Origin: the human T2T-CHM13v2.0 reference genome, Homo sapiens
NCBI RefSeq assembly: GCF_009914755.1
Contig: NC_060934.1
Strand: one strand, 5' to 3'
Length of the DNA stretch: 64,000 bases
The translations under genes and the position numbers were made by a program. This document shows, in pieces, positions 35,476-48,267 of this stretch (position 1 is the stretch's first letter; each line of letters opens with the position of its first letter). Under the pieces are notes generated by a model. It searched no databases, had not been told where the DNA came from, and was given only the letters and a program-made list of their open reading frames with translations.

Positions 35476-36290
35476 GTTCTGCATCCTACTCTTTAGATCT
35501 TAAATTGGCTAGTGTCTGTGCCTTTTCAACCCTTATCCCCTAGCCACCTCTTAAGTCTAAGTTTTAAGTTTTGCTTAATATAATCCACAATTATTTTACA
35601 TTCAGTGGAACCAAGATCCCTGACCAATACCATGTGCTTTTGTGAAAACTCTGATGTTTTCCTGGTTTATTTAGAAGGTGAAAGGTCTCTGGAGGTTTGG
35701 TGTTTCCTTGTTAGCTGGTGAATCAATTTGCTTGACTATTTAACATTAATTTTGCTGCTGTTAGAATTATCATCTCAGATCTTAAGCTATGGGATGATTG
35801 ACATACACAGCTTCAACCACATTTTCCGGGGTTTATAAAGTTTTTTTTAGTGCAAAACTGTTGAATTAAAAAGAATACTTTTGGTTCTACTTCTTTGTTA
35901 TTTGCTGAAAAGAGTAGTTTTTTTCCCCTGGATAATATGAGTGAGATGGTAGCTTTGTGTCTAAAAACAGGAATGAAGTTTTCATGCTCACCTTTTACCC
36001 TCTATGTCCCCAGCTCCATGCCCATCTGTGTACTACCCACCGTGTTCTTCAAAGCTTAGCCTGTGCCTACTGCTGACCTCTTTATCACAGGTAGAGATTT
36101 TAACACTGAACCCACTGTTAGCTTTGGTTTCTGTGGCTGGGTATTAGTGTTGTTGAACTCAGTGGTACATAACTCTCTGGGGAAAAAAAGCTGCACACCT
36201 GGAGAGGAAGCCTGTTCATTCATTTATTGCAGCCCTCGTGAGTAACTTCCTTCTCATCTGATTGTGGCTTTTCTACTGGTGAGCAAACAC

Positions 36291-36322
<32 letters not shown>

Positions 36323-36639
36323 GGGAGGAGTATCCATTGGAAATGGGTGGACAAAAACATTTTTTAATTTTCTTTGGCTAGTTGATAATCTTTTGCACAT
36401 TAGGCAGATGTTTACCTAAATTACAGTTTCAATTTTTATTGAAATTTTACAAAGCCTTTTATACTGTGTATTTTTAGGAATAGTTAATAAAGTGGTGGAA
36501 TAGAGCATTAGATATCTCAGACTTTCCATTGGCATAATCTGTTCCATATTGCTGAGGGAAATTTTAAGCATTTGAGAGCCTAGTACTGCAAACTCTGAAA
36601 AAGAGCTTATAGCAATGTAATAGTGTATGAAAGCCTTCA

Positions 36640-38420
36640 TTATCAAGGCACTGATTTAGGTAATAATCTGGAAAAAATAAAGTTGGATCTCTACCTCACT
36701 CTTTACACCAAAATAAAAATTCCAGATATATTAAATACTAAAACTTAAAAAATGAAACAAACAAAAAAAAAGATCAGGTAGGAAACAGGAAAGGAAACTT
36801 TTTATTTATTTATTTATTTTTAATTAAAAAGTAAACTTTAATGTAGCAAATGCAAACTTGGGGAAGACAGAGAAGATTACACACAAGGCTGTCATTTCAC
36901 ACTTGGAAGGTTGCACAGCACCGGGCAGAGGCGCTCCTCACTTCCCAGACAGGGCAGGGGCCGGGCAGAGGCGCTCCTCACTTCCCAGAGGGTGAAAAGG
37001 AAACTTTTTAAACCCCAAAATTGAAAAGAAGTTTGAAAGCACTTCACAAACTCCAGAATTCTTAAGAGGAAAAAATGGATAAATATGACTCTATAAAAAT
37101 AAAATGGTTCTTTATGGAAAAAATATTAGACACATAATTAGAAGACAATTAAAAACCTGGAAAAATATTTGCAACATATATGATAAAGAACACATCCTAT
37201 AATATATAAAGAGTATTTAAAAATCAATAAATATCACCTTTCCAGTAGGCAGAAAACATAATTCATAAAAATGGAAAAAAAAGGTCTTTTAGTTTGTAAG
37301 GAAAATGCTCAACTTCACTTATAATAAGATAAATGTAAATGTAAACCAATGAATTGTGCAGCTGCACAGACCCAGACTCATGAGATACAAAAGGCCTTAA
37401 ACTAATATTAGAGTCACTTAGTTTCTTGAAAAGATTTCTTGAAAGTAAAACTGCACAGCACCTTCATCTCCTTGGGAGACTAAGCAACTTCTTAAGTAGA
37501 TAATTTCTTTGGCCCTCTCACTCACGTGGGTTATGCGTGGATGCCGTGGACAAGCACCAAGGTGCATGTATCACACCGACATTCTTTTATACCTTTGTGT
37601 TTATGGTGGTCCAAGACTTGTGTGCCATCTCACAATTTCCCCAGGGCAGGAGCACTGTAGATGAGGCAGATGCAGTGTTCCAATTTTATTTATCTTTGTA
37701 CTTTCTGAGGAAACAGGACTCTGAGGTCATTGTCCCAGGCATTTCTGGGTTAGCCCAGCTCTGAGATTAGCCATTACTTTGAAGACTGTAATATTGATTA
37801 GCAAAGAGCACAGGTGTCATAACACACCGTGCTAGGTGAAGGTGTAGTGGAACTGTCACTTTGTCCATTGTTGGTAGGAACTTGGAAGGGTAGTTTGAAC
37901 ATTCCTAGTAAAATTTAAAATGCATATTCTCTTTACTTTGGCAGTTTTGATTATAGGAATTTGTTTTACAGATGTATCCAAAGAACAGTGTAAGAGAATT
38001 TACTACAGCTCTGATTATATTAGCAAAATAATGGAAACAACCTAAAAGTTCATCTTCAGGGGCCTAATGAAAGAAAATATGGTAAATCAGTTCACAGAAA
38101 TACCACACAGTCATTTCAAAAGGAGAGGCAGACCTATATGCTCAAAGATGGAACACTGTTAGAGCCATATTAAATGGAAAAAGCAAGGAATGGAACGGCA
38201 TGTATAGAAATGAACCTTTGTGAGGAAAGGGAATGTATATACCCTATGATTGTGTTTGCGTGGACTATCCTTGGAAATATGGGCAAGAAACTGTAGCGTT
38301 TTTAACGGGAGAACGGGAGAGAGAAAGAGGTTCACTTTTTACTTCAGAGCCTTCTGTATTCTGTGAATTTTTCTTAAAAAGTCACGTGTATGCATTAACT
38401 ATTCAAAAAATAAAAACATA
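36640..38420 (+). mobile_element. Ancient L1M/L1ME ORF2-end and 3'UTR fragments
   Basis: GATCTCTACCTCACTCTTTACACCAAAATAAA, ATATTTGCAACATATATG, TGGAAACAACCTAAA motifs. Confidence 0.65.
36805..36995 (-). mobile_element. SVA2 retroposon, 5'-truncated (2 VNTR units + SVA2 3' unique region + A-rich tail)
   Basis: Two 40-bp-period SVA VNTR units (CCGGGCAGAGGCGCTCCTCACTTCCCAGA at 36921 and 36961). On the - strand they join TGTGCAACCTTCCAAGTGTGAAATGACAGCC...CCCCAAGTTTGCATT...ATTAAAGTTTACTTTTTAATTAAAAA. 15-bp TSD AAAGGAAACTTTTTA (36790-36804, 36996-37010). Confidence 0.88.
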
Positions 38421-38779
38421 ATAAATATATACATTGAAGAGTTATTGTTGTAGGGTTATTGTGGCTTAGGAGAAAAAAGCACATTTTTCTCTGATGAAAT
38501 AAAATATTTAACTTATTTAAAAAAAAGGGGTCATAAAACTCTTGTCAAAAAATAGGATAGTTTTACTTCCATTAAGTTGAATTATCATAACAATATTGGA
38601 CTCCAGAGTTATATGATGGAAATACTGCTGGTGGTTATTTCTGCTGGGCTTAAGTAGAGTCAATAATCACTTTCCTAATTTCTTTCTTCACGTTTCCTGT
38701 ATAACCCATTGCCCTCTGGTCACGAGCTTCTGAATTGCCACACCCAATCACCACTTTCCAATTGTTACCTTATTCTACC

Positions 38780-39990
38780 TGTTGGCCCCTTTTGTGGGAG
38801 TAATTGTCAAATATGATTTTTTTTCCTTAAACTGATCTCACTCCTTGGCTTTCATGACATTGCTTCAGAATCTCCTTCCTCATTAATCCTTCACCCTCTG
38901 CCTGGTACTTTGATTTCTGCCTTGGAAATATCTTTAGAATCTTCTCTCTTATCTTTACCCCAAGGGAATTGCCTGAAGTTCTGCCTCCTACATGGTCCCC
39001 TTTTCTGGTATCATCAGCTTCAGTCAAGGTTCGATAAGGTCACTCACCTCTATGTGTGGCTCAGAAACACTCACTGACTCCTTTTGGAGGTTCATGCCAA
39101 TACTCCAGGTGGCATCTAAGAGCCCTCACACTCTGGTCCTCAGCCTTCTATCAGCCTCCCCCACCCCATGCACCTCCCTACTCAAGTCCTCTTGGTTGCG
39201 AGTGCAGAAACCCAGCTGGACCTTGCTTCATTCAAGATGGGACTTTATTGGAAGGATCCTGTGACATCTCCTAAAATGACAAAGCCTCAGTGGGTCAGCT
39301 CAGGGAGGGGTTAGGGCCCCTCCACCTCTCATTCTCTTGAGTTTGACTCTTGGCTTCTCTCTTCTGCAGATCGTTCTTTCCCACATGGAGGAAAATGGAC
39401 ACCAATACCTTTTGAGCTTTTTTTGTTTTGTTTTGTTTTGTTTTGAGCTTCAGCCACTGAAGGTGAATGGATTCTGTCCATCTCAAGACCCAAATTCTCA
39501 GGAAAGTGATTCATTGGCCTCACTTGGTCTAGGCAGGAAGAATCGAGAAAGACCATGGCAGCTTCCCTGCAAACCACCTGGATGGAGCTGGGGAAATGCA
39601 ATTTCCAGAAATGGGGTGGGTCTGGGCTGCAGTCCTGCAGTTGGCTGTAAGCTGCCCAAAACTCTGGATGCTTGGACCCCTCAGCATTCACCACCCTACC
39701 TGTGCTTTTCAACATGTCTCTCCTCCTGCCTGGACTCCCTTATGCATTCATGAGTCTTCTAAGCAACTCTCTTCTTCCCCATCACTCACAAATACAGAAG
39801 TGGTGACTATTTCCCCAGCAATTCCAAAGCTCCTTGTATAACAGTGCTATCAACAGTGTATCACACTGCTTATAAAATATCAGTTTATGAGTCTGTCTGA
39901 ACCAGTAGATGGTGAACTTCTCCTGGTCTCTCTCTTTCATGCATTGCACTGTTATCATTTAGTAAAAGTCTGTTGAAGAAGGAAGGAGAG
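38780..39990 (+). mobile_element. L2 fragments, with an MLT1-like LTR (- strand, ~39190-39670) inserted
   Basis: CCTTGGCTTTCATGACA...; L2 end CATTTAGTAAAAGTCTGTTGAA; MLT1-like TTGGTTGCGAGTGCAGAAACCCAG. Confidence 0.5.
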
Positions 39991-41602
39991 AAAAGAGGAC
40001 CCTGTAATCCCCAGAGCTTTATTCTTGGACCTGCTCTCCTTCTTCCCTTCCCCTTGGGTGAATTTGCTTGGTACGTTGGGGGTTGGAGGGAGAGCTGAAA
40101 AGTGGCTGTCCTCTGTAGGATGGACACCTCAGAGACCCTAGTCTCTGTAATCCCTCTGTGTACTCTCAGCTAAGGGCACCTGGAAGTGGGGAGGTGGGAG
40201 TGAAGATGTGGAACAGAAACCAATTCTCCTGGGAAGAGCTGTGGGCATCTGAAACCTTCAGAACCTCTCCAGCGTTTCCTCTGTTGAGACCTGGTTTCTG
40301 TTAAAGTCCTACCAGTTCCCATGAATTTGGCCTTTGAGAGAATTTCTCTCTCATCCTTCCCAGGAAAGATTTAATGAAGGAGATGCAGCTGGCTTAGCTG
40401 CTGCCATTGCGAGGCTGTCCTTTGACCTTCACCATCACAGCTCAGCCTGGAGGTGGAATACTTTCTCCAGAGAGTCCTCGCCAGTGTTTGCTTGGGCCGT
40501 TAATACCGCCAGGTGGCACAGAGGTACTTATAAGGCCTCCCTCAAGTGCCCCTTTATTATGAAAACTATCACATTTTTAAGGCTAAAGAGGTTGTGGAAA
40601 CAAGACTCTGTGGTGCACACTCAGTTATTGCCCAAAGCAGAGAAAGCTGGAAGAAGAGCCGAGGAACAGGGTGACATTCACCTGCAAAAGTGTCTTTTCG
40701 ATTCCACAGAGTGCTGGGTCTAAGGGAAGTTTAGGGTTGGGCTATCAGATTATAACAATTAATGGAGGCCCAAATGGTTGGAAGATCTGGAGGACACTGA
40801 CCAATCAGAAGCATTGCAGGCAGGAAAGCCCCAGGTCCTGCCTACGTGAGGTTTCTTCTCTTTTCTGGTCTCCAGACAGGCTCCTTGCTCTCCCCATCAT
40901 CTGGCCTCTGTGTACTCATCTTCCCCTGACAGACAAAAATCCCTGGGATGGGGCTTTGAAAGCCCACTGGGGCTCAGGCTGTAGGAACTGGTACTCAGGA
41001 TATTTTCAGTTCATAACTCACAGAACCAAAACGTGCCATTCTGGCAACCCTCCCTCCTCCCAGTATTACCCATCACAGCGAGTAAGCCCAAGCCTCGGGG
41101 TATCCCAAGAGGCATTCCTCCTCTTCCCCTTTTCCAGATAGATGGAATTACTCACTAAGTTCATTCAGTTTGACACAAAAATATTCTTAAATTTTTCTCT
41201 TTGCAGCCCCAGCTCAAATTTTCTTCATTTCTAGTGCACTAGCAGCCCTGCTGACTAAGCAACTCCAGAGCTGATTTCTCCCCCTCAGCCCACCCTCCTA
41301 AAGTCCACAGAGTTAATCCTTCAGCTGCAGGCCACTCCCCTTCTAATAGCCTTTCTGCTGCCTTGGCACCTGACTGCTCATCCAGGTTGAGGTGGCTATG
41401 CAGGTCTCTACACTTAAAAAGAAATTCTCTGAAAGTCTGCACGTTTGTCTCGGCTCCCATGTGCCTCAGTGTGATGTGTCCATGGGTGTTTGAGTCTGGA
41501 ACTGAACATCCACGTGTCTAAGGCTGTGCAAGACCAAACAGATGAAAGCCGGCTTTGTATCTGTGCATATCTACACGTCTCTGCGAATGGGTGCTGAGGA
41601 TT

Positions 41603-41700
41603 TGTGTGTGGTGAGTGTGTGCTCACCTGGGTGTTCGTGTGTGAGTTTTGGTGTGTGTCTATGTGTGTATTTGGTGTGTGTATATGTGTGAATATGTGCG
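41603..41700 (+). repeat. Degenerate (TG)n low-complexity tract
   Basis: Visible directly in the sequence. Confidence 0.75.
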
Positions 41701-42974
41701 TAATCCTGCATATTCTCCATCCTTTGTTGTTTCTCTGAGCCTGGCCCTCTGGGAGGGTGAGTGATTGCTGTTGACAGGGAATGTTCCAATAAGGAACAGT
41801 GTGAAAGAAATCATTTCACACTCCCCATAGAGTAGACCATGCGCTCTGTTCTTGGCAAGTGAGTTGTTGCTGAGTTACTGAAAGTCAGCTCCTCTCCTGT
41901 CCTGCTATGAAGCATCGACCGGTCGCTGGCTGTTTTTAACACAAGCAAGCTCCACTTCTTTCTGAGGCTCCTCTGACGAGGTAGGGAGTGCAGCACCAGG
42001 CAGGCCCTCATCTTTCTCTGAGATTTACTGAGTCAGGGAGAGCATAGGGCAGCCCGCGTGGGGAGGGCTGAAAGTGCCCAGGCTCCTGGAGAAGAGATGA
42101 GGCACTGTGTAGGATTCGGGGCAGGGCAGAACTTTTCATTGCTGTGGCTCTTCTGGCTTTAGGGCTATCTGTAACAGAGCAGACTAAAGTGAAAGCTTTA
42201 TAGGAAAGGGTTTATTTGAAAAGAACTGGTTGAGAGGAAGTGAGGTGTGAGCAAGTTCCAGGAAGATAAGTCTGGGCTGTGAAGAACCCAAGTTAAGAGC
42301 ACCAAGGCAAGCAGGTCAGAGCCTGAATCTCAGGCCAATATTTTCCTTCAGGGCCGCCTTGTCCTGGGTTCATCTTTAGATGAGTTGCTCAGAGCTGGAT
42401 TTTTCTTCCTCTTCCTGTCCCCACCCCTCCACTTACCAGCTTCTGGGTCTCTTTCTGGCCACTCTAACAACCAAACCATCTCACTATCACGTTTGTAAAG
42501 ATGTCAGATAAACCCTAAATAAAGAAAAGCCTTTGATGCATAAAACATCAGGACTCCAGCCTCAGCTTTCCCTACCTGGGCATTGTGTAAAGGAGGAGAA
42601 GGTAGCCGGAGCCAGACAGTACATTGCTCTCCAGCAGAATGAATAGCAGCTGCAGAGCAGCAGCTGCAGCTCACACCTCCTGACGCCCCAATGAGTGTCC
42701 TTTCCACTACACAAAGGTCATTTTGAATGACTTTGGGGGTGTCAGATTACTTTTATTTTATTTAAAACCAGAAAATAACTTCCACTTCTGGGAACATATG
42801 AGTGAAGTGGAAACTCATGTAATGAGAGTTAGGAAAAGAGCTTGCGACAGTGGAATCGAGGACTTTCATCTGGAAGGAATGATCCTGCCTTTGAAGAGGC
42901 AGTTGTAGGAAGGTTTGATGTAGGCCAGATATGGAGAGTTCTGAGAATGAGTGGCAGAGTGACCAACTTAGACA

Positions 42975-44780
42975 GTCAGTTCAGTTCAGTCCAGCCATCA
43001 TTTATTCAAGACCCAGCACAGGCCAGGAGCTGGGAAGGTGCCGGGCACATACAGAGAAGGCTAAGACATGGCTCTGCTATCGAGGAGCTCACATGCTTGT
43101 GGGAGAGCCAGAAATCAAAGAATTGCCCAAATGCAATGTGTGGTGAAAGCTCAGATGTCAGTATGTGAGGGTTGCTAAGGGAACAGAAAAGGAGACGTAC
43201 TGCATCTGCTAGGGCTCAGAGGATGCATAGATGTCAGTACAATGCACAGTGCATGGGGAACTGCATACCTTTGGTCTAGGTGGGGCATAATGTGCAAGGT
43301 GGGGAGTGGGAAGTGGAAGATCTGAGAGTTTCCTGAAATCCAGATGACACGGGTCCTTTGAGGCTGTCATAAAGTGCTTAAAAATGGAAATCTACCCACA
43401 AGTTTTAAGCAGGGTGATAAATGAATCAGATTTGTGTTTGGTAGCTCCTTCTGGAACTATGTGTAGGGGGCATTCAAAAGAACAAAATCAGAAATGGACA
43501 CCAATGAGGAGATGGCAGCAATCCTCAGGCAGGGGAGGCCGAGATGGACTGGAAAATATTTAAGAGGTAAAAGTTAGAAGGTGGCATGATAGGATGGTTG
43601 TTAGGAGAGAAGGAGCAGCTTACTTTCATGACTTATGGGCAATGTGGAAGGTGTTGTCATTGGCTGGGGTAAGGACTATTTAGTTTCACAAATGGAGACC
43701 TGTGGAGATGATGAAGGCTGAACACACATTTAAGGATTTTAGGGACATCCAGAGGAAAATTTCAAAGAATGAGTAAGATCTGATGTTTAGGAGAGAAGTC
43801 AAAACTGGAGCTAGAGATTTTGAAATATGCAGCCATGTATGAAGATAAAGTCTCCCAGAGAGGGTCTAGCATGTAAGAAGAACAGTGAGTCAGAAGCAAA
43901 ACTCTTGGAACCCTAAACTTTAAGTTTAGGGTTAAACAGTAAGAGTAAGAGGGTTCCATGCAAGAGTAAGAGTAAGAGGGTTTCATGACTAGCAGGGCTA
44001 GTCATGAGGGGCTAGTCAGAGGGGAACCATGAAGGATTGGAGGGTGGGCTATTGTAGCAAGGGCCAGAATGGGGAATGGAAGTGCTGGAATAAAAAATAA
44101 TGGTTGTTAGTGCCAGGTACAGAGGGGAGTTAAAGACAGGGAAGGACTGGGCTCGCTGGAGTGGGAATGGAAGTCTGGTTGCAGGAAGTTGAGAGTTGAA
44201 TGAGATGCTGTGCAGACTGAGTTAGGCCACACTTTGTAGAAGTTCTAGTGAAAAGAGAAGAGGAATCTTACTAGAGGGAACACAACACCAGGGTTTTATT
44301 CTTGGGGTGGGGGAGGAGGAAAATAACATACCTATTTATAGAATGAGTACAGAAGCTTGGTGGAGTGGGCGGCTGAGGGTAGAGGAAGGGCAATTGATGG
44401 CGGGAGGACTTAGAAGATGCAGAGGGTGGACAGAGAGAACCTTTAGCCTTGGATAAAAAGGGGAACGGAGGGAAGGGGCCAGTTCTGGGTGTGGACCTAC
44501 ATCAGTTTATAGGTGACAGGAGCTAGAAGTCGAGGGAAATGATGCTTCTCTGTCTTAATGAAACAGGAGACAAAGCTTTATGCTGGCCATGTTCAGGGCC
44601 TGTGTAAGCAGGCTTGAGAAATATTAGAAAGATATGGATTGGAAATTAGGGAATATGAATGTGGGAGCTAACCACAGACATGGCATGGCCAGAAGAGCCA
44701 AGAATCAAGTGAGAATAGTCACGTTTCATTGGCAGTGATGAAATCGCAGAGTTGCAAGGTTTTCTTCAGCAGCGTTCAGT
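42975..44780 (-). mobile_element. L2 (long 3' portion)
   Basis: (AGTTC)n tail, CATTTATTCAAG...AAGACATGGCTCTGC..GAGGAGCTCAC, TTTTAAGCAGGG...ATCAGATTTGTGTTT. Confidence 0.7.
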
Positions 44781-44879
44781 TTCCCAGGTAAAGGGCTCTA
44801 GTAAAGGGACTGCTGTGACACTGACCAAGGATTGGGGTTTTGATGGGCAAAGGTGGGAAATGACAGAAATAGTAAGCCC

Positions 44880-45095
44880 TAACAGTTATTGAGTACACTC
44901 TATGTTCCAGACAGAAATGTCTAAGCTCTCTATGTCTATTGTTTGGTTTGATTTTTGTCACAACTCTAGGAGGTTGAAATTAGTAATAAATCTATTTAAC
45001 AGGTGCTGAAACTGAGTCTCAGGTCTAAGTCAAATTTGCCCAAAGTCACCTATGTAGAATGTGCTAGAGACAGGATTCAAAACCAGGCAGTCTCT
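44880..45095 (-). mobile_element. MIR
   Basis: GAAACTGAGTCTCAG...TTGCCCAAAGTCAC...CAGGATTCAAAACCAGGCAGTCT. Confidence 0.85.
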
Positions 45096-47214
45096 CGGTT
45101 CCAAAGGCAGAAAATGATTCAGGGAGTCAATGATGACATTAAGCTGCCTTTTGAAGCAAAGGAGGCTAGCAGATGGCTGCTGGACTGGAAGAAAATTAAG
45201 TCTCCAAAAGACTTGGGAGTCTTTTTTTCCTGAGGACAAAAACTCCCATGGTCATGGATAAGGGCTGGAAGAATGATTACTTGAGGAGTTCAGATACTGA
45301 TTGCTGGAGTTGAAGAGATATAGGAATGTAATGGTAGTGTGTAGGGTGGAGTGAGGACATTGAAGTATCTCAAGATAATGGAGCTGAAAGGCAATAAATG
45401 AATAACTGGCACAGCAGGGGATGAGGTTAACTATGCTTGATACTTGAATTATGGACTAGGCTTTGTTTTTCAATATTGCCAACTTCTCTGCTATTCCTGA
45501 ATCCCAGAAACCACCCATTCCTACACGCCCAGTTTTCCCAAAGGTGCCTTTCCTTCTTCCAGGAGACAGGAAGCCCATATGAGGCCCCAGTTTACCAGCT
45601 TCTTCTAAGAAAGTGATGGTGTCACAGTGGGGATGGGGACTCAGAGAAGCCACAGACCCACAGGGGACAAAGGTGGCACCCGAGTCATTGCCACATCGCC
45701 CTTACTGATATGTGTGGGTGAGCTTGGCAGATCTATGCCCAGGAAAGCGTGTGTGTATCTGCGTGTGTGTGCACATATGTGTGTGGTTTGCTTATGGCAA
45801 CTACCCTAAGAGATGAACACTGTCCATGCCTGTGGGATCAGCCGTCAATTCCTTAAATAGAGAAAGGCCCTGGGTTGCTTCATGAGAGAAAAACAGCATG
45901 GGAGGCCCAGGAAACTGTGTTTCCCTCCACAATGGGCTGGGGAAGGGACCCCAAGTGACACAGAACAGACTGGAAGTTCTGGGAGGAGGGGGAAGGAGCT
46001 GAGTCTGTGAGAGCTATTGCAGGAAGGCCAAGGCCAGAGCAGGCCTGGCAAAGAAAGGGCCTGGAAATCAAAGTAGAAAAGGCTTCAGGGATCCTCTGAC
46101 AGTCCCTACATCTCTGAGGGGAATTTCAAGATTATTTTTATGACTTTTACAGAGCCACCGTGGGCTTATTCTCAAAGCAGAGCTGTGGTTAAAAGAACAC
46201 AGTGTATACAACCCAAAATCACTTCAAACCAATTTACATTCTTTGCTGGTACTTTTATAGGCCCATGAAGGGAAAGCATGATCTCTTCCAATGCCTTTTA
46301 AATTGCCCTTTTATTCTCTCTCACATTGCCTCCCTCACCACAGCTGCTCCCCAAGACTTGGTCCTCAAAAGACCCCTCTACATGGCTATAGTCTCTCACC
46401 CCTGGGTACTTCCCTCTGTATGCCCTTCCTCTCCATTCTGCAACACAAAAGCAAGGATGATGACCTTGGAGGAAGGGAGGAAACGGCATCAGGGCAGGCT
46501 ATGATGCTGTTTAGTGGGGATGGGCGGGGTGTTAGGGCAAAGTTGGGGACATAGTTATGTTAACATTTTAGTCTGTCACCTTCTGCCTAAGCAATGTGAG
46601 GGACGCCACACAGAGAAATCTAATGCCTCAGTGAGTCCCTCCAGATTCCTTCTGCTCACCTGCCCATGCCTCTCCAACCCGCTTGGCCTCCTTTTGCTCT
46701 GAGAGCCTGTTAGCATCTTGGGAGTCCCCAGGAACCTGGCTGAGTTGACTTGGACTCTTGTTACAAATCTCAGGAACAGGGGACGAGCAGCCTCATACTC
46801 CTGAGATGAAGCATTTGATCCCCTTGCCTTCTGAGATCAACGTCTTTAATGTGAGGGGAAAAAAGGATCCTGAGAAGGAGCAACCACTTGAAGCCTCTGG
46901 TTGCCACACCCCCAGAAGAAATTCACACGCACCCTATGACAGGCTATTTCCTGCAGCAGGTCCATCCCCTCTCCCGTTTTCTTAGCCCTGCTTTGATCTT
47001 TCAATAGTGAGAACGGGCTGGCTTCTGGGAATCAAATTCAATACTCTTTATTAATTTCTGCCTGGTTACCAACTCCTCCCAGCCCCCTCTCCCATCCCCT
47101 CAATGTGTTTGGATGCTTCTGAACCTCTAAGATCTACTTTCTGGCTTCTGCTAATTAGTATCTTTCTGAATATATAGGCAAACACTGTTCACTGAGTATC
47201 TGCTACAGCGATCT

Positions 47215-47811
47215 TGTGCTAGTTACTAAATATTTGTCTCTCAGCTCCAATGCCTCTCAGCTGATGTTGGATTTGGGACTCTACAAGCCCCACATTCCTG
47301 CTTTGCCCCTTCTTTATTATGCTGGGCTTTGCCAGTAGAGGGCGCCGGAAGGTGCCTGTAGGGCAGGAGGAGAGGCGTGAGAGGGGAGTGTGCTCCTCCC
47401 CACCGCAACCTGCAATGCTCCCCTGCCCCCACAGGCAGCAGAACTCAGTCTGCAGTTTTTCCAACCCTAGACGAGCTAGACTCACTGCACCCCACACCCC
47501 CAACACCACTCCATTGCCATGGAGACCCAGCACTGGCTGGTCCGCTCTACTCTAAAGTCTGAGTTTCGTCTCAAAGGACTTCTCTACATTTCTGTTTTAA
47601 TAATTCCAACCTCTCTCCCTTTGTTCCTCTGGACCTAGTGAAAATGGCTGTTCCTATAGTGACTATTTCTGTAATACCTTAGAGTTCTCTTTTTACCCTT
47701 TCCGTTACCTAGTTAATAACTTTACACCTAGTTAGCAATTTTTTATACTAAATTATCTCTGTTCGTATGACTGGTGTGGGTTTGGTCTTGATGGGATCCT
47801 CATGCAGATAA
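47215..47811 (+). mobile_element. LTR41-like (ERVL) solo LTR
   Basis: Start TGTGCTAGTTACTAAAT...CTCTCAGCTCCAA; end TAAATTATCTCTGTTC..GACTGGTGTGG. Confidence 0.75.
47332..47345 (+). promoter_or_regulatory. CTCF core motif
   Basis: CCAGTAGAGGGCGC fully matches CCASYAGRKGGCRS; lies within LTR41. Confidence 0.7.
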
Positions 47812-48267
47812 TAGTTAGGCTGATGAGCCGCAGGAGCTGTCCACGCACAGAACTTGCAGTCTTTATGGCTTCATGTTATTGGACATCCTTGAGTGCCAGG
47901 ATACATCAGCAGTGCAGTGGGGTGGCATATCGCTCTCTCCATGTCACCTCATCCCTACATTCTAAACATGTCTCTAAATCGTCTATAGACCCTGGTGTTC
48001 TACTTCCCATTGATTTCTTAAACTTCATGCCAAGGCTTCTGTAGAGAGTTACATGGCCACAGCTAAGCCTCCAGGGAATCAGGACCTGGCGGATATTCCC
48101 AGGCCATGGATTTGGGGGTCAGAATTTGTTTGGTGTAGACTAACTCCCAGCAGCCCAAAAGAACTTTGAGTTTTACAGAACTGGAGGGTCTGTGGGGCTG
48201 GCAATTTAAATAGCAATTATTTTAGACTTCCTCTGCTTAGTGAACTCACACAGTGTCATGTCTATTT

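Noticed and set aside
36805-36995. Canonical SVA_A-F insertion
   Set aside because: No SINE-R, Alu-like domain or hexamer; the 3' region fits SVA2.
40334-41141. 129-aa and 156-aa ORFs in unique DNA
   Set aside because: Non-ATG starts, no recognisable domain and no convincing splice structure.
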